Of a stretch of 64,000 nt of DNA, positions 42,540-55,732 are shown piece after piece. Under the pieces are notes generated by a model. That model saw only the letters and a program-made list of their open reading frames with translations, was not told where the DNA came from and searched no databases. Location: the NCBI GenBank assembly GCA_951406725.2, contig OX597836.1, forward strand, positions 24,738,001 to 24,802,000, in the 5' to 3' direction. Within the stretch, counting starts at the first letter, position 1. Each line of letters opens with the position of its first letter. Position numbers and translations under genes: made by a program. This DNA comes from Octopus vulgaris. Taxonomy: Eukaryota.

Positions 42540-42680
42540 GAAGAATTCACAAAAAAAAAACAAAAGACGAAGACAGGTGGTGTAGACAACAAACAGATGT
42601 ATTAGTATAACGCTCGGGAAGTGAAGGAGTCTAATGTTTCGAGCCTACGCTCTTCTACAGAAAGAAACAAGGAGAGAAAA
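42540..42680 (-). mobile_element. PLE-type module with a degenerate hammerhead (42629-42664)
   Basis: cttt CTGTAGA A GAGC gtag GCTC GAAA C ATT. Confidence 0.75.
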
Positions 42681-43487
42681 TGTTGAAATATGTATTATAG
42701 TCTTCATTTTTATTAAGGCTTTTTCGTATTTTAGTATGACTTCCAATGCAGTTTGTTCAGCAGAGAAACATTCTTAATTCCATCACGAACATTTCTAAGC
42801 TTCTACGGTTTTATCTTCTAGATAAAGCAATGTTGTCATGCATTGGTGCCTCTTTGTAGTCAGAAGGTTCAATGTAATTTATGTACGCACCTACATTGCC
42901 TTCAGTGATGAGCTTTTTGGCCTTTACATTTAAAAGTTATTGGTAAAGTTTCTTGTGTTAATCTTTGTTGAATGTATGTTATGCGTGTATTTATTTTAGC
43001 ATTGTGTTCTACAATGAATATTGGTTCCTTTATTCCTCTATTTTTGCGGCGATTCTCCGTAGGACACGTGTGTTCTTTACAAATGATTTCCTTTACAGAT
43101 TTCTTTTTTGTTGTATTATAGTTCAATGCATTTCTCATCGTTGGATATTGTTCCCGATAAGACATTATGTAAATGCCATACGGCCAATATAACAGTAGGA
43201 GTCACGAAGTTTGCAACCTTTTCAAGTTTACACTCAAATTTGTAAATTACATTGGTCATTAATCGCTTGTTTGCGATGCTCATTGCCCCCCTTCCCCCTG
43301 CTTCGTTATATTATATATCTAACGTACAAGGATATACACATTTCCATATAAGTTCAGGCATTTATTTGCCACTTCGGTAGAGGAAGAGAGAGAGAGAGAG
43401 ACATGATATTATTTTCCACCTGAACGTTTAGGACGAACAATGAAGCCATTTTAAGAATTTTCTTTGTGTCCACAATGTATCTGCAAG

Positions 43488-43793
43488 CGTGGCTGTGTGG
43501 TAAGAAGTTTTCATTTCAACCACAGGATTTTAGTTTCACTCCCATTGCGTATAGTAAATAATGTGTGTGTGTGTGTTTGTGTATGTTTTTGCGCTTATAT
43601 ATGTCTGCAAGCACCGCTTGACAACCGGTGTTGGCTCGTTAACGTCCGCCTAAGTTATTGGTTCTTCAATAAAAGAGACGGAGAGAAAAGTACCATACTT
43701 GAAAAATCTTTAATACTACGATCATTCTGTTCGACTAAAAGCGTTCAAGAAGGTGCCCCAGCATGGCCGCAGTCGAATGACTGAAACAAATAA
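43488..43793 (+). mobile_element. tRNA-derived SINE family C, degraded
   Basis: gtggctgtgtggtaagaag...gcttgacaaccggtgttgg...ccagcatggccgcagtc; matches 63449-63893. Confidence 0.8.
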
Positions 43794-44026
43794 AGGATTT
43801 ACCTTCAAGGTTTTCCTTTTATTTTTCGACGTTTTGCTCTGTATTTTTGGTAACGAGGATATCATCCACATGACGTATATCGCAGGAATGTTCTCTTCTG
43901 TTTCGTTTACCAAATATTGCTTCACCCAACCTCCTTGTTACAAGCATCATTACTTTATATACACGTTGAAATACAGACAATGAGTGAGCGCTAGATATGC
44001 TCAGTACAGAAAACGCGTAAAAGGGT

Positions 44027-44354
44027 AAAGACCCTCTTCTGTCGTGAAGGACCATGGAATTGCACCTAGAAAGTTCCCCTCCGAGGCAAAAGTCCGGGTA
44101 AGGTTATTTATGAAAGACCAGCAGTTGTCCATGCATTCTGGCCTTTCCTCTCCTCGCTACCAATGTTATCCTAGGGAAAGGCAAAGGTCGACAGTGCTTG
44201 GCACCAGTGACGTCGCAACTTATTTCTACAGCTCAGGTGAACTAATGCTACGTAAAATAAAATGTCTTGATCAAGAATACAACACAGAGCCCGGTTCGGG
44301 AATCGAACTCGCAGCTACATGATCGGGAGCCCGCTGCTCTAACCACTGAGTCAT
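44027..44354 (-). mobile_element. tRNA-derived SINE family D
   Basis: minus head atgactcagtggttagagcagcgggctc...gagttcgattccc with A and B boxes, followed by a non-tRNA body. Confidence 0.8.
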
Positions 44355-44504
44355 GAATTGAACTTAAACTCCGAATTCTTCATCCGGAACTAGGTCCACT
44401 ACGTCAAGAGTAGCTATAAGAGAAATCCAAACGAGCTGATATGCTCGAGCTGATAAGCGTTCAAACTGACACAAGTAGACTTGACGCATATATACATAGA
44501 TAGA

Positions 44505-44892
44505 GTGGAGGCGCAATGGCCCAGTGGTTAGGGCAGCGGACTTGCGGTCGTAGGATCGCGGTTTCGATTCTCAGACCGGGCGTTGTGAGTGTTTATTGAG
44601 CGAAAACACCTAAAGCTGCACGAGGCTCCGGCAGGGGATGGTGGTGATCCCTGCTGTACTCTTTCACCACAACTTTCTGTCACTCTTACTTCCTGTTTCT
44701 GTTGTACCTGTATTTCAAAGGGCCGGCCTTGTCACTCTCTGTGTCACGCTGAATATCCCCGAGAACTACGTTAAGGGTACACGTGTCTTTGGAGTCCTCA
44801 GCCACTTACACGTTAATTTCACGAGCAGGCTGTTCCGTTGATTCGGATCAACCGGAACCCTCATCGTCGTAACCGACGGAGTGCTTCCACAC
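44505..44892 (+). mobile_element. tRNA(Arg)-like SINE family B, full length
   Basis: A box TGGCCCAGTGG, B box GGTTTCGATTC; TSD acatagatagagt at 44494-44506 and 44893-44905; near-identical to the 57289 copy. Confidence 0.95.
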
Positions 44893-45007
44893 ACATAGAT
44901 AGAGTCAATACGCATCAACATGAATAGCAATATGCTGATGTGTGTTGACGTGACTACAAGCACTAATGTTTTATGACTGTCCTTTTCCCAAATTTTGGCC
45001 GTCCTAC

Positions 45008-45127
45008 GCCCAAAGAGACTTGCCCAAAGAGACTTGCCCAAAGAGACTTGCCCAAAGAGACTTGCCCAAAGAGACTTGCCCAAAGAGACTTGCCCAAAGA
45101 GACTTGCCCAAAGAGACTTGCCCAAAG
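45008..45127. repeat. perfect 14-bp tandem array (gcccaaagagactt) x ~8.6
   Basis: direct reading; the unit derives from the adjoining SINE C sequence. Confidence 0.97.
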
Positions 45128-45197
45128 TGCCACGCGGTGGGACTGAAACCGGAACCATGGGGTCAGGAAGTAAGTTTCTTACCAAACAGCCACGCAT
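45120..45197 (-). mobile_element. SINE family C 5' head
   Basis: reverse complement of 63455-63535. Confidence 0.85.
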
Positions 45198-45988
45198 AAA
45201 AAATACAGAATACTAAGAAGAGAATACATTGTTTCATAAATGCAGGTTTTTTCTTCCAATTCTTCACACTGAGAATTACATCTGTGGAACTATTTTCAAT
45301 GTCTTTATGCTATAAAATTAATGAGTGCGTGCGTGTGTATGCGTGTGAGTATGCGTGCGTGCGTGTATGTGTCTGCGTGTGTATGCGTGTATGTGTGCGT
45401 GCGTGTATGTGTGTGTGTGTGTGCGAAACTTGTAAAATAATTTTTTTTATTTAAAACTTAGCTTCATTAATCTCAGAAATGTCCTATATAAACATTAAGT
45501 ACTTAATCCTCCGTAACAGATCATCTCCGTTGGCCTTGACTAGAGTGCTCAAAGTGTCTAACAGCAACAGCATCAGCACCAGTAGTAGTAGTAGTAGTAG
45601 CAGCAGCAGTACTAGTAGTTGCTGTTGCTGTTGTTTCTGCTGTTTAAGTGTTGTTCCTTGCAATGAGTTTGATACATTCAGTTGTGATATGGAAATCCAT
45701 TCGCATCCTCACACCCACCACCACCATCACCATCACCATCGCCACCTCCACCCCGCCCCCTTCTCAGTCTCTTCAAATACAGGCGACGTGGCCCCCCATA
45801 TCAGGTTCACTCTAATCCCATACCTAGACTATCATCTATTTCTGGGTTACAATAGAAAACTGATATCTTACTAAATTTAAACTCGAAAGAACACTCAGAC
45901 GTCTTAATTAGAATCAGTTCTATGCATGTGTGTGTGTGTGTGTGTCTGTCGATATATATAGAATGTATTTGTATGTGTGTATGTGTGT

Positions 45989-46022
<34 letters not shown>

Positions 46023-47699
46023 ATATGTATATGTATGTATGTATATAATATGTATGGATGGATGGATGCAGATGTGTGTTTGTGTGTGTGTGTGTATGCT
46101 TTTATAAGTATGTATGTAGGGTTGTCTGCATGTGTTTATTTATGGAATGGTGGATGGATTAATAGATGGATGCAAGCATGCATGGACATACAGCTGGACA
46201 AATAGACGTGTAGGTAAGAGAGAGAGACTGAGTGTGCTCGATACTGCATGTAAAATGAGATCATTTCTTAAAAGCTGAATCTTAACGAAGTTTTACTCTG
46301 AGTTTCTGAGTGGCCCCATTTAGTGGTTATTGATCAGTCCCCCCAGCTTCTCACTCCTCTTATTACCTTCCCGTCCTCAACTGCAACTACAATAGTGTTT
46401 ATACTGGTAAAGAGTTTTAAAATTTCAAAACACAATTTCAGAGGCAAAAAAGAACTTCTAGAACAAATTTTCCCCCGTTACAAGAGCAAAATATGGGGCT
46501 TCTTTGGTCTGTGTTAACTATACATCTTTCTCAGTAAAATTCAATATACCTACCATTATAGATAATACCAAATGTTCCTTTTCGGACTTTTCATAATGTG
46601 ATACAGGTCTTTGGTATAGCAATTGCATGCGACTGAAGAGAGCTTTAAACCATCTGTTATGTCGATTATACATTGATGTAAAAATAGGTTGTTGTATAAA
46701 GCTTGAAACACGCAACCGCGATATCCTTTGTGTTCTGTTTTTTATTTCATTTGATACATATATCCTCTCACCTCTGCTACTAGCTGGCATATACAGGTGC
46801 TTACATTTATCAAGTATTCACCCTGAATTTATTATACATCTACACATGTATATGCAGGCATAGGTGAGATTTTTAAGAGGACTAGGAATTGTGTCCCCTC
46901 CCAACGCCACCGATGTCTGTCCAAGAGAAATGCCGTTGGCTTATGCTGACACAACTTGGCACTAAAGTCATGTCATACGTTATTATCAGACCCGAAGAAG
47001 TCGGAATAAATACCACAAGGCATCTCAAACAATTCCATAAAAGATCCACCAATCCATTCGTATGTTTTTGCCGACCCTGGTAGGATGAAAGGCGAAGCTG
47101 ACTTCAGTGTAATTTAAAAGCGGAGTGCAGGGATTAGAGCGAATACTGCGCTAGCACTCCAGCAACTCTGGCAATGTGTTCATTTGATGGAAGCTAAAAA
47201 TCAAGCACCTCACAATCAAAGCAAACAACAATAATAGTAGAACCTCATTCAAGAGTATATAACGGAGTTTTCCCAACATTTACGAAGTATGATGGATGTG
47301 TAGCTTCTCTGACGATGACCAGAAAATAAAAACGTATTGTAATAATGATGTGTTTTATTTGCCACTAGGGTGATGAATGAAGGACTTCGCTAACATGATG
47401 AGGTGCTAACATGAAATCGACAATAGAAAAATAAATAAATCGGTGTCGAAAACAAAATTATGCAAAAGTCAAGGAATGCGATGTCCCAAGGGTGGAACAG
47501 CCATCTAGAATCATACAGGAACCCCCGCAGATACAAAATAAACTTGAATACCCAGAACAAGTACTCACTCCAACCTGTGATCTGTGGATTAACAGGGTCC
47601 ACGAATGAGGACAGATCTAATCACCCGATCCCTTCTTGTGGCTCTCACATTTCAGTGAATTCTCAAGCGGACAGCATCACTCTCCACACCCTCTCACCT

Positions 47700-49315
47700 T
47701 CTTTTCCGAACATAACTTGAAATTAATGAAGGTTTGACAGAAGAGTATAGTGACTATATATAGGGCCTCCAAAAACTTCTCCAGCTTTCAATCAATCTCT
47801 TTGGTCGCTGCCAACAGAGAAATACTTTCTGCTCTTCCTGCGCAAAGAAATGTTGCTGGTAACATCCATTTTAATACACGACGACAGTTGTTTAGAATAG
47901 CTTTCCAAGTCAGCAGTGCTCGGGTATTGAACGTGTGCATGCAGAATGGTTTCATTGCACTTCGCACAAACCCTGCAGACGAAGTTACCATACTTATTAA
48001 GCTTATGTCAAATTGACAAAATAATTCGGCAACGCTGCCAGGCCAAAGATTTCCAGAAGCTGTCCATAGATCCTAGTTCTAAACACTTCAAGAATAGGAT
48101 GCTAGTTGCTCTTCATCGACGCTCAGTGCCTCCCCAAGAACGTGGTTGATTCTGATCCACTATTGACCTGCTATAAAATGAAGCTAACCTCCCACTGTTC
48201 TTGTTACCTTATTGGCAGAGAACTATGAGAGTATGACAATTTTACAAATGTCAGATGGCCAATATTAGTCTTTGCTTGGTCCAGGTTTGCAGCTCTGTCA
48301 AAGAGACGATCAACGGGAGAACTTTCCGAACAAAGAGTGACCATACTTCACTGTTCAAGAAGTTCTTAGATACCACACTCTCACCAAATATCAGCGCATT
48401 CTCGATATAGCCCTCCACTCCCACCCACCCACGAAGACGGTGTTGGCAACAGGTGGATCTTTTGACTAGTAGAACTCATCCCTTGCTCATAAGACTAAAG
48501 ATCAGAGGATTAAGTTGTATGTGTTCGCTATTCTCGAAATTTCAGGAATAGCTTCTCCTTAAACGATTCCTCTATGAGACTGACCACTCTTGTCGTAACC
48601 CTGTTCTAATTTATATGCATTGGATCCAGCAACCTACAACGTCGCCCAACATCGACTCAGACCTCAGCACAGCCCTGGCAAATACGAGTTACTGTCACCA
48701 TCTCGTATTTCTTCAGTATGGTGCTAAACCTCTCGATATCCTAGATGCCTTGCACAGACGGGGGCTGGTGCAGCCTTTCTATATCTCTGTTCGGGAGAGT
48801 TTCCCCCAATGCTTCAAGCTTCTGCGGTAATGACCGAAGGAGCAATGAAAGAGGGTAAACTTGACAGACCGAGCGTGTGATTCGAAGAGTGACTATTTGA
48901 TCTGACCACTGAAGATTAAAGTGAGACAACCTTTGAAAAGGGACCGAAACTAACTTCACTGTGGCGAGCACTGACAGTCGACACTATCGAAAGCTTTTGA
49001 TTGATCCACGTGAATCAGAGTTTCACCCAAGTCGGGTTTCAATTGCTCTCTGTATAATGTGTCACATGAGGTGGTGGTTGTCGAGGGCGGCTCTACCCGG
49101 AATCGAACAAGCCCTGCGTGTTTCCGATCACATTACCGATGACAAGCATTCATATCTCCATAAGTACCTTGGCAAACGTCTTAGGCTCTGTCTTCAGCAG
49201 AGTTGAGGCCGGAAACTGCTGACGTTTCCCTTAATCGCGTTGATTTTTCCCTTATTCCCTGCTTAACACATTTGGAAATGTTCCCATTCTGTTTTCCGTG
49301 TGTAATAGATATTTG

Positions 49316-49382
<67 letters not shown>

Positions 49383-50010
49383 GAAAATATCTGTTACGTA
49401 TCCATAAAGCTTTCTGGGTCAGTCCAATGAAATCAGACGATTTTCCACACATACAACCACTCACTGCACACCGTATTTCAGCTGCAGTTATTCGCTTTTC
49501 ACAACATTTCCTATTTTCTGATAAGAACGGTGGCGAGTAATAGCGGTGGATAGTAAGGTTCATTGACTCCGGTTCACCACAACCCACAAACAGTCAAACG
49601 AATTGTTTAAGAAAAAGACATACCTCAGTCTGCCGTCGATCGCATGATGCTGGCATAGTCCATCAAAGCCTAAACTGTGGATTTATTACCACGTCATATC
49701 TCTGCCATCCGATACCATCGAATGGTTTTTTCATTCCATGTCTAAAAGCACATCATTAGCTTCTAGTCTCCCACTACCAATAAAGATCCAAACGTTCCTG
49801 AGAATTATTCCAAACGCCTGAAGGAGACTTGCTCCTCCATCCTAGTCAAAGAATAAGCGATCGTTGAGGGCATAAGCGGTTATTAATTTGAACGCCTTCG
49901 CTGCCTTTCACAACCAGGACCACCAGCTTTGCCATCTAGATCCAGAAAGTCCCTACCTCAAAATCGAAACCTTTCCCAAACAACGCTGCCACCGTATTTC
50001 CTGATTCAGG
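47700..50010 (-). pseudogene. decayed L1/Tx1-clade LINE ORF2 (APE endonuclease, RT, C-terminal zinc motif)
   Basis: FKLITAYA and LLVVGD (endonuclease, ~49890-49765); DQSKAFDSVD (~49005); ITRSVCQVYPLS; DSFWKSLAWQ..HKLNKYG..CRVCAKC.ETILHA (~48070-47930); (GA)n inserted at 49319-49378. Confidence 0.85.
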
Positions 50011-50106
50011 CTATCTAAGACACGCATACACCTTGAATCTAACAAAGATGATGATATTAATAATAATAATAATAATAATGATGATAATAATAACAACAAC
50101 AACAAC

Positions 50107-50157
<51 letters not shown>

Positions 50158-50189
50158 GAGGAGGAGGAGGAGGAGGAAGATGATGATAA

Positions 50190-50765
50190 CTGCTCTGACG
50201 CAGTACCAGACAGTAGCTCTCATGGCTTCTGATTTTAACTGATTGGAAGTGTTATCATGTACATTGTTTTGTCTTGGTATAAAAGATGGGCTACAGCAAA
50301 TATTCTGCTCAATACCACAGATGTGCTTGTCAGTTGTTTGACCATAACCAGTTGAGCATGTCCCTTAGTGGCTGATGATATGTGCATCTCTGACCACGAG
50401 CAGAAGTAGTAGGGAAGCATCATAGCCATTTGTTGAAAGAAATTCTTAGAGGTTTGGATAATTCACCTTTGGAAACATGGGTGGTTCGTTCAACATCCTT
50501 AAACAGTCCTTATTCAGGGACCTTTTGAACGGGATGGGCTACTCGACCAGAAAAAAGTTCTAACTGGGCCCCCACCTACAAGGTTATGCGCTGTTTATCT
50601 TGATATGAGATCACCATGTCGCGCACATATGGTTGTGATGTATGTGCCTGGTGTACCCTTATCAGACGGGTAGTCATGATGGGTGTACTGGGCTTCGTAT
50701 ATTTTACCCCAGTGTCACTTTGATGGCATGTACAGCTCTTTCACTCAATAATAATAATAATAATA
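50190..50765 (+). mobile_element. non-LTR retroelement 3' UTR-type repeat ending in (AAT)n
   Basis: antisense copies at 13350-13616 and 26237-26318; ends ctcactc-like followed by (aat)n. Confidence 0.8.
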
Positions 50766-51070
50766 ATCTATTATAATAATGAGCTTGTTTGTAAGTTTGT
50801 CCAAAATCACGCAATAAGGGAGTAGTAGAGTAAGTAATAGTAAAACAGAAGAGACAAAATGGTAATAACAATGTGAGAGGCATCTGTCGCTCTCCCTCTC
50901 AACAAAAACCTTTTTACTTTATTGATGAACGCTTCCTCTCTCTCTCTTTCTCTCACTCTCTCTCTCTCTCTATCTATCTATCTATATGTCTACAGATGCA
51001 CATACACACTCTCTCTTTTTTACTCATTCTCTGTTTCTTTTTCACCCACTCTCTCTCTCTTTTTCACTCA

Positions 51071-51148
<78 letters not shown>

Positions 51149-51625
51149 ATCTCTCTCTCTCTCTCTCTCTCTTATCTATCTCTCTCTCTCAACAATAACA
51201 TTTTCATTTTTATTCGATGAACGTTGATTTTTTCTGGTAAACATTAATAACAATATAAGATAAGTGAATAAGATTTTTGCAACTCAAAATTATTTTTTCT
51301 GTATCTCTGTGGGTGTTTGACTGTACTGGAAGATTTTTCTGCTTAAAAGCTTGCAAAGTTAATAGAATATAAGATAAGTAAATAAGTAGTAAAGTTAAAA
51401 TATTGTCTATTGAAAGCTTGATAATATTGTCTGTTTAAAAAAGGCTAAATATAAAAGGAAGGTAATTATAAATATTTACAAATACTTGCCGATACAGTGA
51501 TGTTTGTAAATATTTATGAATGAAGAATTTTGCCAAGGCAGTGAAGTTTGTCTTCAAGATCTTTTTCCGTTTCAAGTGGCAAAGAGTGAGAGAGAGAGAG
51601 AGAGAGACAAACAGACAGACAGACA

Positions 51626-51679
<54 letters not shown>

Positions 51680-51810
51680 GGCAGACAGACAGAGATCGAG
51701 AAAGCGTAGACATTGCTGGAAAAAAATAATAAGTCTGTGTATATGACGTTAATGTAATCCTGTGTAATTTTGGACTTTGTATGATTACGTACAGAAATAT
51801 AAACAAACTA

Positions 51811-51867
<57 letters not shown>

Positions 51868-51924
51868 TATACTCATTTTTAAAAAGTTTGTGTTCCGTTT
51901 TATCAAATATACTCATCCACCAAC

Positions 51925-52320
51925 TATGGAGAATGAATCAGACAGAAGGCGACGGTTAGCCAGAGAGAGAGACAAAGGCGAAGAACAGCCAGTCTCGGGA
52001 AGAACTGGGCGCAAGAAGATTAAACAATACATTAAGGTTATTAAATCAATCACATGAAATGAGACAAGAGAGACGAGCGCAAAACGAATGAAGACAGGCT
52101 CGAAGACGTCAAAATGAAGAGAAACACCTAATTGCACAAAAGAAAGATGTCCAAAGAAAGAGAGCGGCACAAAAGCACCAAGATGAAACAGAAGAGCAAG
52201 CAGCAGTGAGGAGAGAATATCTAAGAATGAGAGCATCGCAAAGGCGCCAAGATGAAACAAAAGCGGAAGCAGCATAAAGGAGAGAAATTGAAAGAGAACA
52301 TCGAGGAGAAGAATGGAAGA
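51925..52320 (+). pseudogene. decayed R/E-rich ORF with 23-aa (STPR-like) repeats, probably a Helitron N-terminal region
   Basis: MENESDRRRRLARERQRRR...QKHQDETEEQAAVRREYLRMRAS / QRRQDETKAEAA*RREIERE; 69-bp period. Confidence 0.55.
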
Positions 52321-52424
52321 ATTATTTATTTTGATTTTATTTTTATTTTCCGTATCATTTTCATGCCGTCATTTCTGACGACACGGGTATACTATTATTA
52401 ATAATAATAATAATCGAAAAAAAC

Positions 52425-53400
52425 CTATGATCTGATTCAACAATAGCATAAATAGATTACGAAAAAGCCTGTGGCATGATCCCACACTCATGGATAAGTG
52501 AATGTTTGAGTATGTTCAGAACAGAAGACAACATAAGAGAATTAATTAGCTGTAACAGGGGAAAATGGAAAATAGATCTCTACTCAGGTGACACAGTCTT
52601 AGGGAAGGTTGGTATCAAAAGACGAATTTTCCAGGAGGACTCATTATCCCCTTTAACATTTGTCTAATGTTTGAGCCTCCTCAGTTTAGTATTAAGGAAG
52701 GGAAAGGCAGGATACCAGTTTAGAAATAGTAAGGGGAAACTTAACCATTTGCTCTACATGGATGAGCTGAAGCTTTTTAGTAAGAATGGAAAAGAGATGG
52801 ATTCCTTAATGCAGAATGAAAGACTCTTCAACAAAGATATAGACATGGAATTTGGCATAGATAAGTATATAATATTGGTCATGAGAAGGGGACAGGTAGT
52901 CAACAGCGAAGGCATCCAATTACCAGATGACCAGGCATTAAAATCATTGAAAGGAGAAGAGAGTTATAAGTATCTAGGAGTATTAGAATCTGACAGAGTA
53001 CTAACCACAGAAATGAAAGCGAAAATTGAGAAGGAGTACATCAGAAAGGTGAGGAAACTAATGAAGTCAAAGCTAAATGGTCCGAATCTAGTGAAGGCTG
53101 TAAATACTTGGGTAGTATCATTACTTAGATACTCATCAGCTTTTGTAGAGTGGACAAAAACTAAATTAGCAAAGCTAGACAGAAGAACTAGGAAGGTATT
53201 CAATATGAATGGAGGACTCCACCCAAGGTAAGGAGTAGCAAGTTACTTACCTAGAAAGGAAGGTGTAAGAGGGTTAGAATCAGTAGAAGACTGCATGTAG
53301 TTAGCTTGAGTAGATATAGACTCCTATGTAGGTAATAATGAAGAAAGTTTATAAAGAGCTGCTAGAGTCACAGCAAGACATAAGGAAACCATAAAAACAC
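52425..53400 (+). pseudogene. R4/Dong-clade LINE reverse transcriptase remnant
   Basis: IDYEKA..MIPHSWI.ECL, RIFQEDSLSPL, LNHLLYMDELKLF, MEFGIDK, YKYLG, LHPR, LPRKEGVRGL; in-frame stops. Confidence 0.92.
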
Positions 53401-54089
53401 GCACGTTCTCTCTGCCCTCAACCGCTTTGCTTGTTTCTCCTCTTTGATACTACGTGAAATACCAATAATTGTACCTTGAGATAAACTATTATTGCTTTGT
53501 TACTAACTTCCAGCATCTATAAATAGATTTTAAAAATCACAGCATCGTAGGCCAAAACCAAATGTTAAAAAGAATTCAGATTTTACGCAAATCCATAGAA
53601 CTTAAAATAATTCAAAACATTGATATCTGCTATTAACATGGCCTCCAAATGATTTTGTTGGATATTATTTTAATCGTCCACTTGTTGGTTATAATTCAAG
53701 ACAACTCGCTTTCAATCATCGAATCTCCGTAACCCCAATTTACTTACTGATATTAAACTTTCTTCCTTGCTTTCGTGCCCACAGGCCTCACTGGTACACA
53801 GTTAACATCTGTCCATCGTTGCTACAGAGATAAATCAAAGAGTAACTATTTTCAAAATGGAAACCGAAAGCAGTGCCCTTTATCATCATCACTTCAAAAC
53901 TAAGCATTTGAATCAGGAAAACTTCATGGCCGTTGATCGCCCGCTCTCTTACTTTAATTTCAACACTTACCACCCTCTCTTACTTTAATAGATTTATTTC
54001 TCCCAATTTATTGTGTTTTTCATTTAATAGTATGTATAAATGCTTAGTAGAAAGGTAACTTGTTAACAGAAAACCAAAGAGAAACGCTT

Positions 54090-54302
54090 AAGGCGGCAAG
54101 CTGGCAGAATCGTTAGCACGTTGGACGAAGTACTTAGCGGTATTTCACCCGTCGCTACGTTCTGAGTTCAAATTCCGCCGAGGTCGACTTTGCCTTTCAT
54201 CCTTTCGGGGTCGATGAAATAAGTACCAGTTACGCACTGGGGTCGATGAAATCGACTATCCCCCTCCCCCAAATTTCAGGCCTTGTGCCTAGGGTAGAAA
54301 AG
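54090..54302 (+). mobile_element. SINE family A, full length
   Basis: aaggcggcaagctggcagaatcgttagc...gagttcaaattcc (B box)...gcctttcatcctttcggggtcgat. Confidence 0.93.
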
Positions 54303-54599
54303 AAAACGAAAGATAAGCACTTCTCGCTCAGTTCGTTGAAGAAAGAATGATACAAATTTTAAACAGGTTGATGATGATTTTTAAAATATGCTACTTTCTA
54401 TGTGTTATAATTTCTTTTTCCACAAACAGAATTAACCGCCTCTAATAGAATAATCTCGAAAACGTAAATTGTAAATTGCTTAGCTTAAACGGAAAAGAAA
54501 GTAATATGATATTTGGCCACTTACAGGGATGGAGCAATTAGAATCGTTAAAATTAACGATTAAAAAAATTACAGAACGGAAAAAGTCAAACTGTTTTAA

Positions 54600-55400
54600 C
54601 AACTAGTTCAGTGACATAGATGGATCACACTCAGACTATAGACAAGGGTAGAGGGCTACTTTGGCCTTTTAAAATAATGATACGACTATATAAGCTTCAG
54701 GGTGCATTATGATTTCATAGTGGCGGGGAGGAATAACATTTTAAAATTCTACTAAAGAAACACCATGGTAAAAAGGTTTTTTTCTGTTTGCCATTAGTTT
54801 ATTGAACATGGAATTATTTCAATCAAAAACGTCGAATTAAAACAAAAAACTGAGAAAATTCCTCTCATAATAGATAAAGAGTTAGTAGAAAGGATACCTG
54901 GATACACAGATAGTCAGGGGAACAGGAAAGCAAATTTATTAGCAAAAGGATGGAGCACAGTAAGAAATAAGTATAGATTTTATTCTAAATCGTTCACATG
55001 TTAAAACATTCGGTAAAAGTATAATGAAAGTATTGAGAAGAATCAAGAGATAAACTATGAAAGTTTAATCCCCGCTTATCTCATCCAGATTTATTAATGT
55101 ATAAAACATATCAGACATTGAACAAAGTTTACAAGCAAAGACTCTATTGGCTTCAAACAGGTCAGATTTTTTTTCAATTTGTAAAAGGTTGTACGGAATC
55201 ACCTTTATACTTTTGTGGAGACTATGCAGAGACCTTATGGTACTACTTGTATCCCACATAAAAATTACCATTCAGAGAGAGAAGATATTTTGAAAACCGA
55301 TCTTTAGAAAGGCTATAAAAGCTGTTAGTGGAATAAATTTTTTAGGATCCACCAACCATAAATAAGATCCTTCCAATTTATGGAGGCTGCTTAAAGATTT
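54600..55400 (+). pseudogene. highly decayed RNase H plus zinc-knuckle region of an I-group-like LINE
   Basis: IDGS; RIPGYTDSQGNRKANLLAK (compare WIPGHxGIxGNExADxLAK); ESPLYFCGDYAETLWYYL. Confidence 0.6.
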
Positions 55401-55732
55401 ATCTACAGAAACATTTAACTGTTGTTTATCTTCTCTTATTTTTTATTTCTTTTTAGTTCTTGTGTTCTTGTTTGTTTTTGATTCTTCTTTTTGTATAAGG
55501 CTTGTTATATGCTTTACTCATTCTGTCAGAGCTTACCAGATTTACAGGAATGTTTAAATTCATTAAATAAACACATTATCGATCATTATATTCCGTTCTT
55601 TATTCTGTACTTCATGTATTGTTGTACTTTAAGGTAGCAATTACCAAATTCACTTCGTTGCAGAACCCTTATACTATTTCCAAAATATCACAAAACCCAA
55701 CCCTATGTCTTATTTTTAATAAGGCATTACTT

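Larger units (their letters stand above)
42900..45005 (-). pseudogene. decayed Penelope-like element (RT plus GIY-YIG), fragmented by SINEs
   Basis: minus-strand order: GRPK..ISACS (~45000-44930), IATLDVVDL (~44420), IRHVDDILV (~43880-43852), TNVIYKFECK..GCK...CYIGR (~43257-43178). Confidence 0.7.

Noticed and set aside
44505-44582. tRNA-like sequence (also at 57289 and 44354)
   Set aside because: It continues into a ~300-bp conserved body with TSDs, and the anticodon arm differs between copies. These are SINE heads, not tRNA genes.
45008-45127. CRISPR-like repeat array
   Set aside because: Contiguous 14-bp units with no spacers, no cas genes, and a eukaryotic context.
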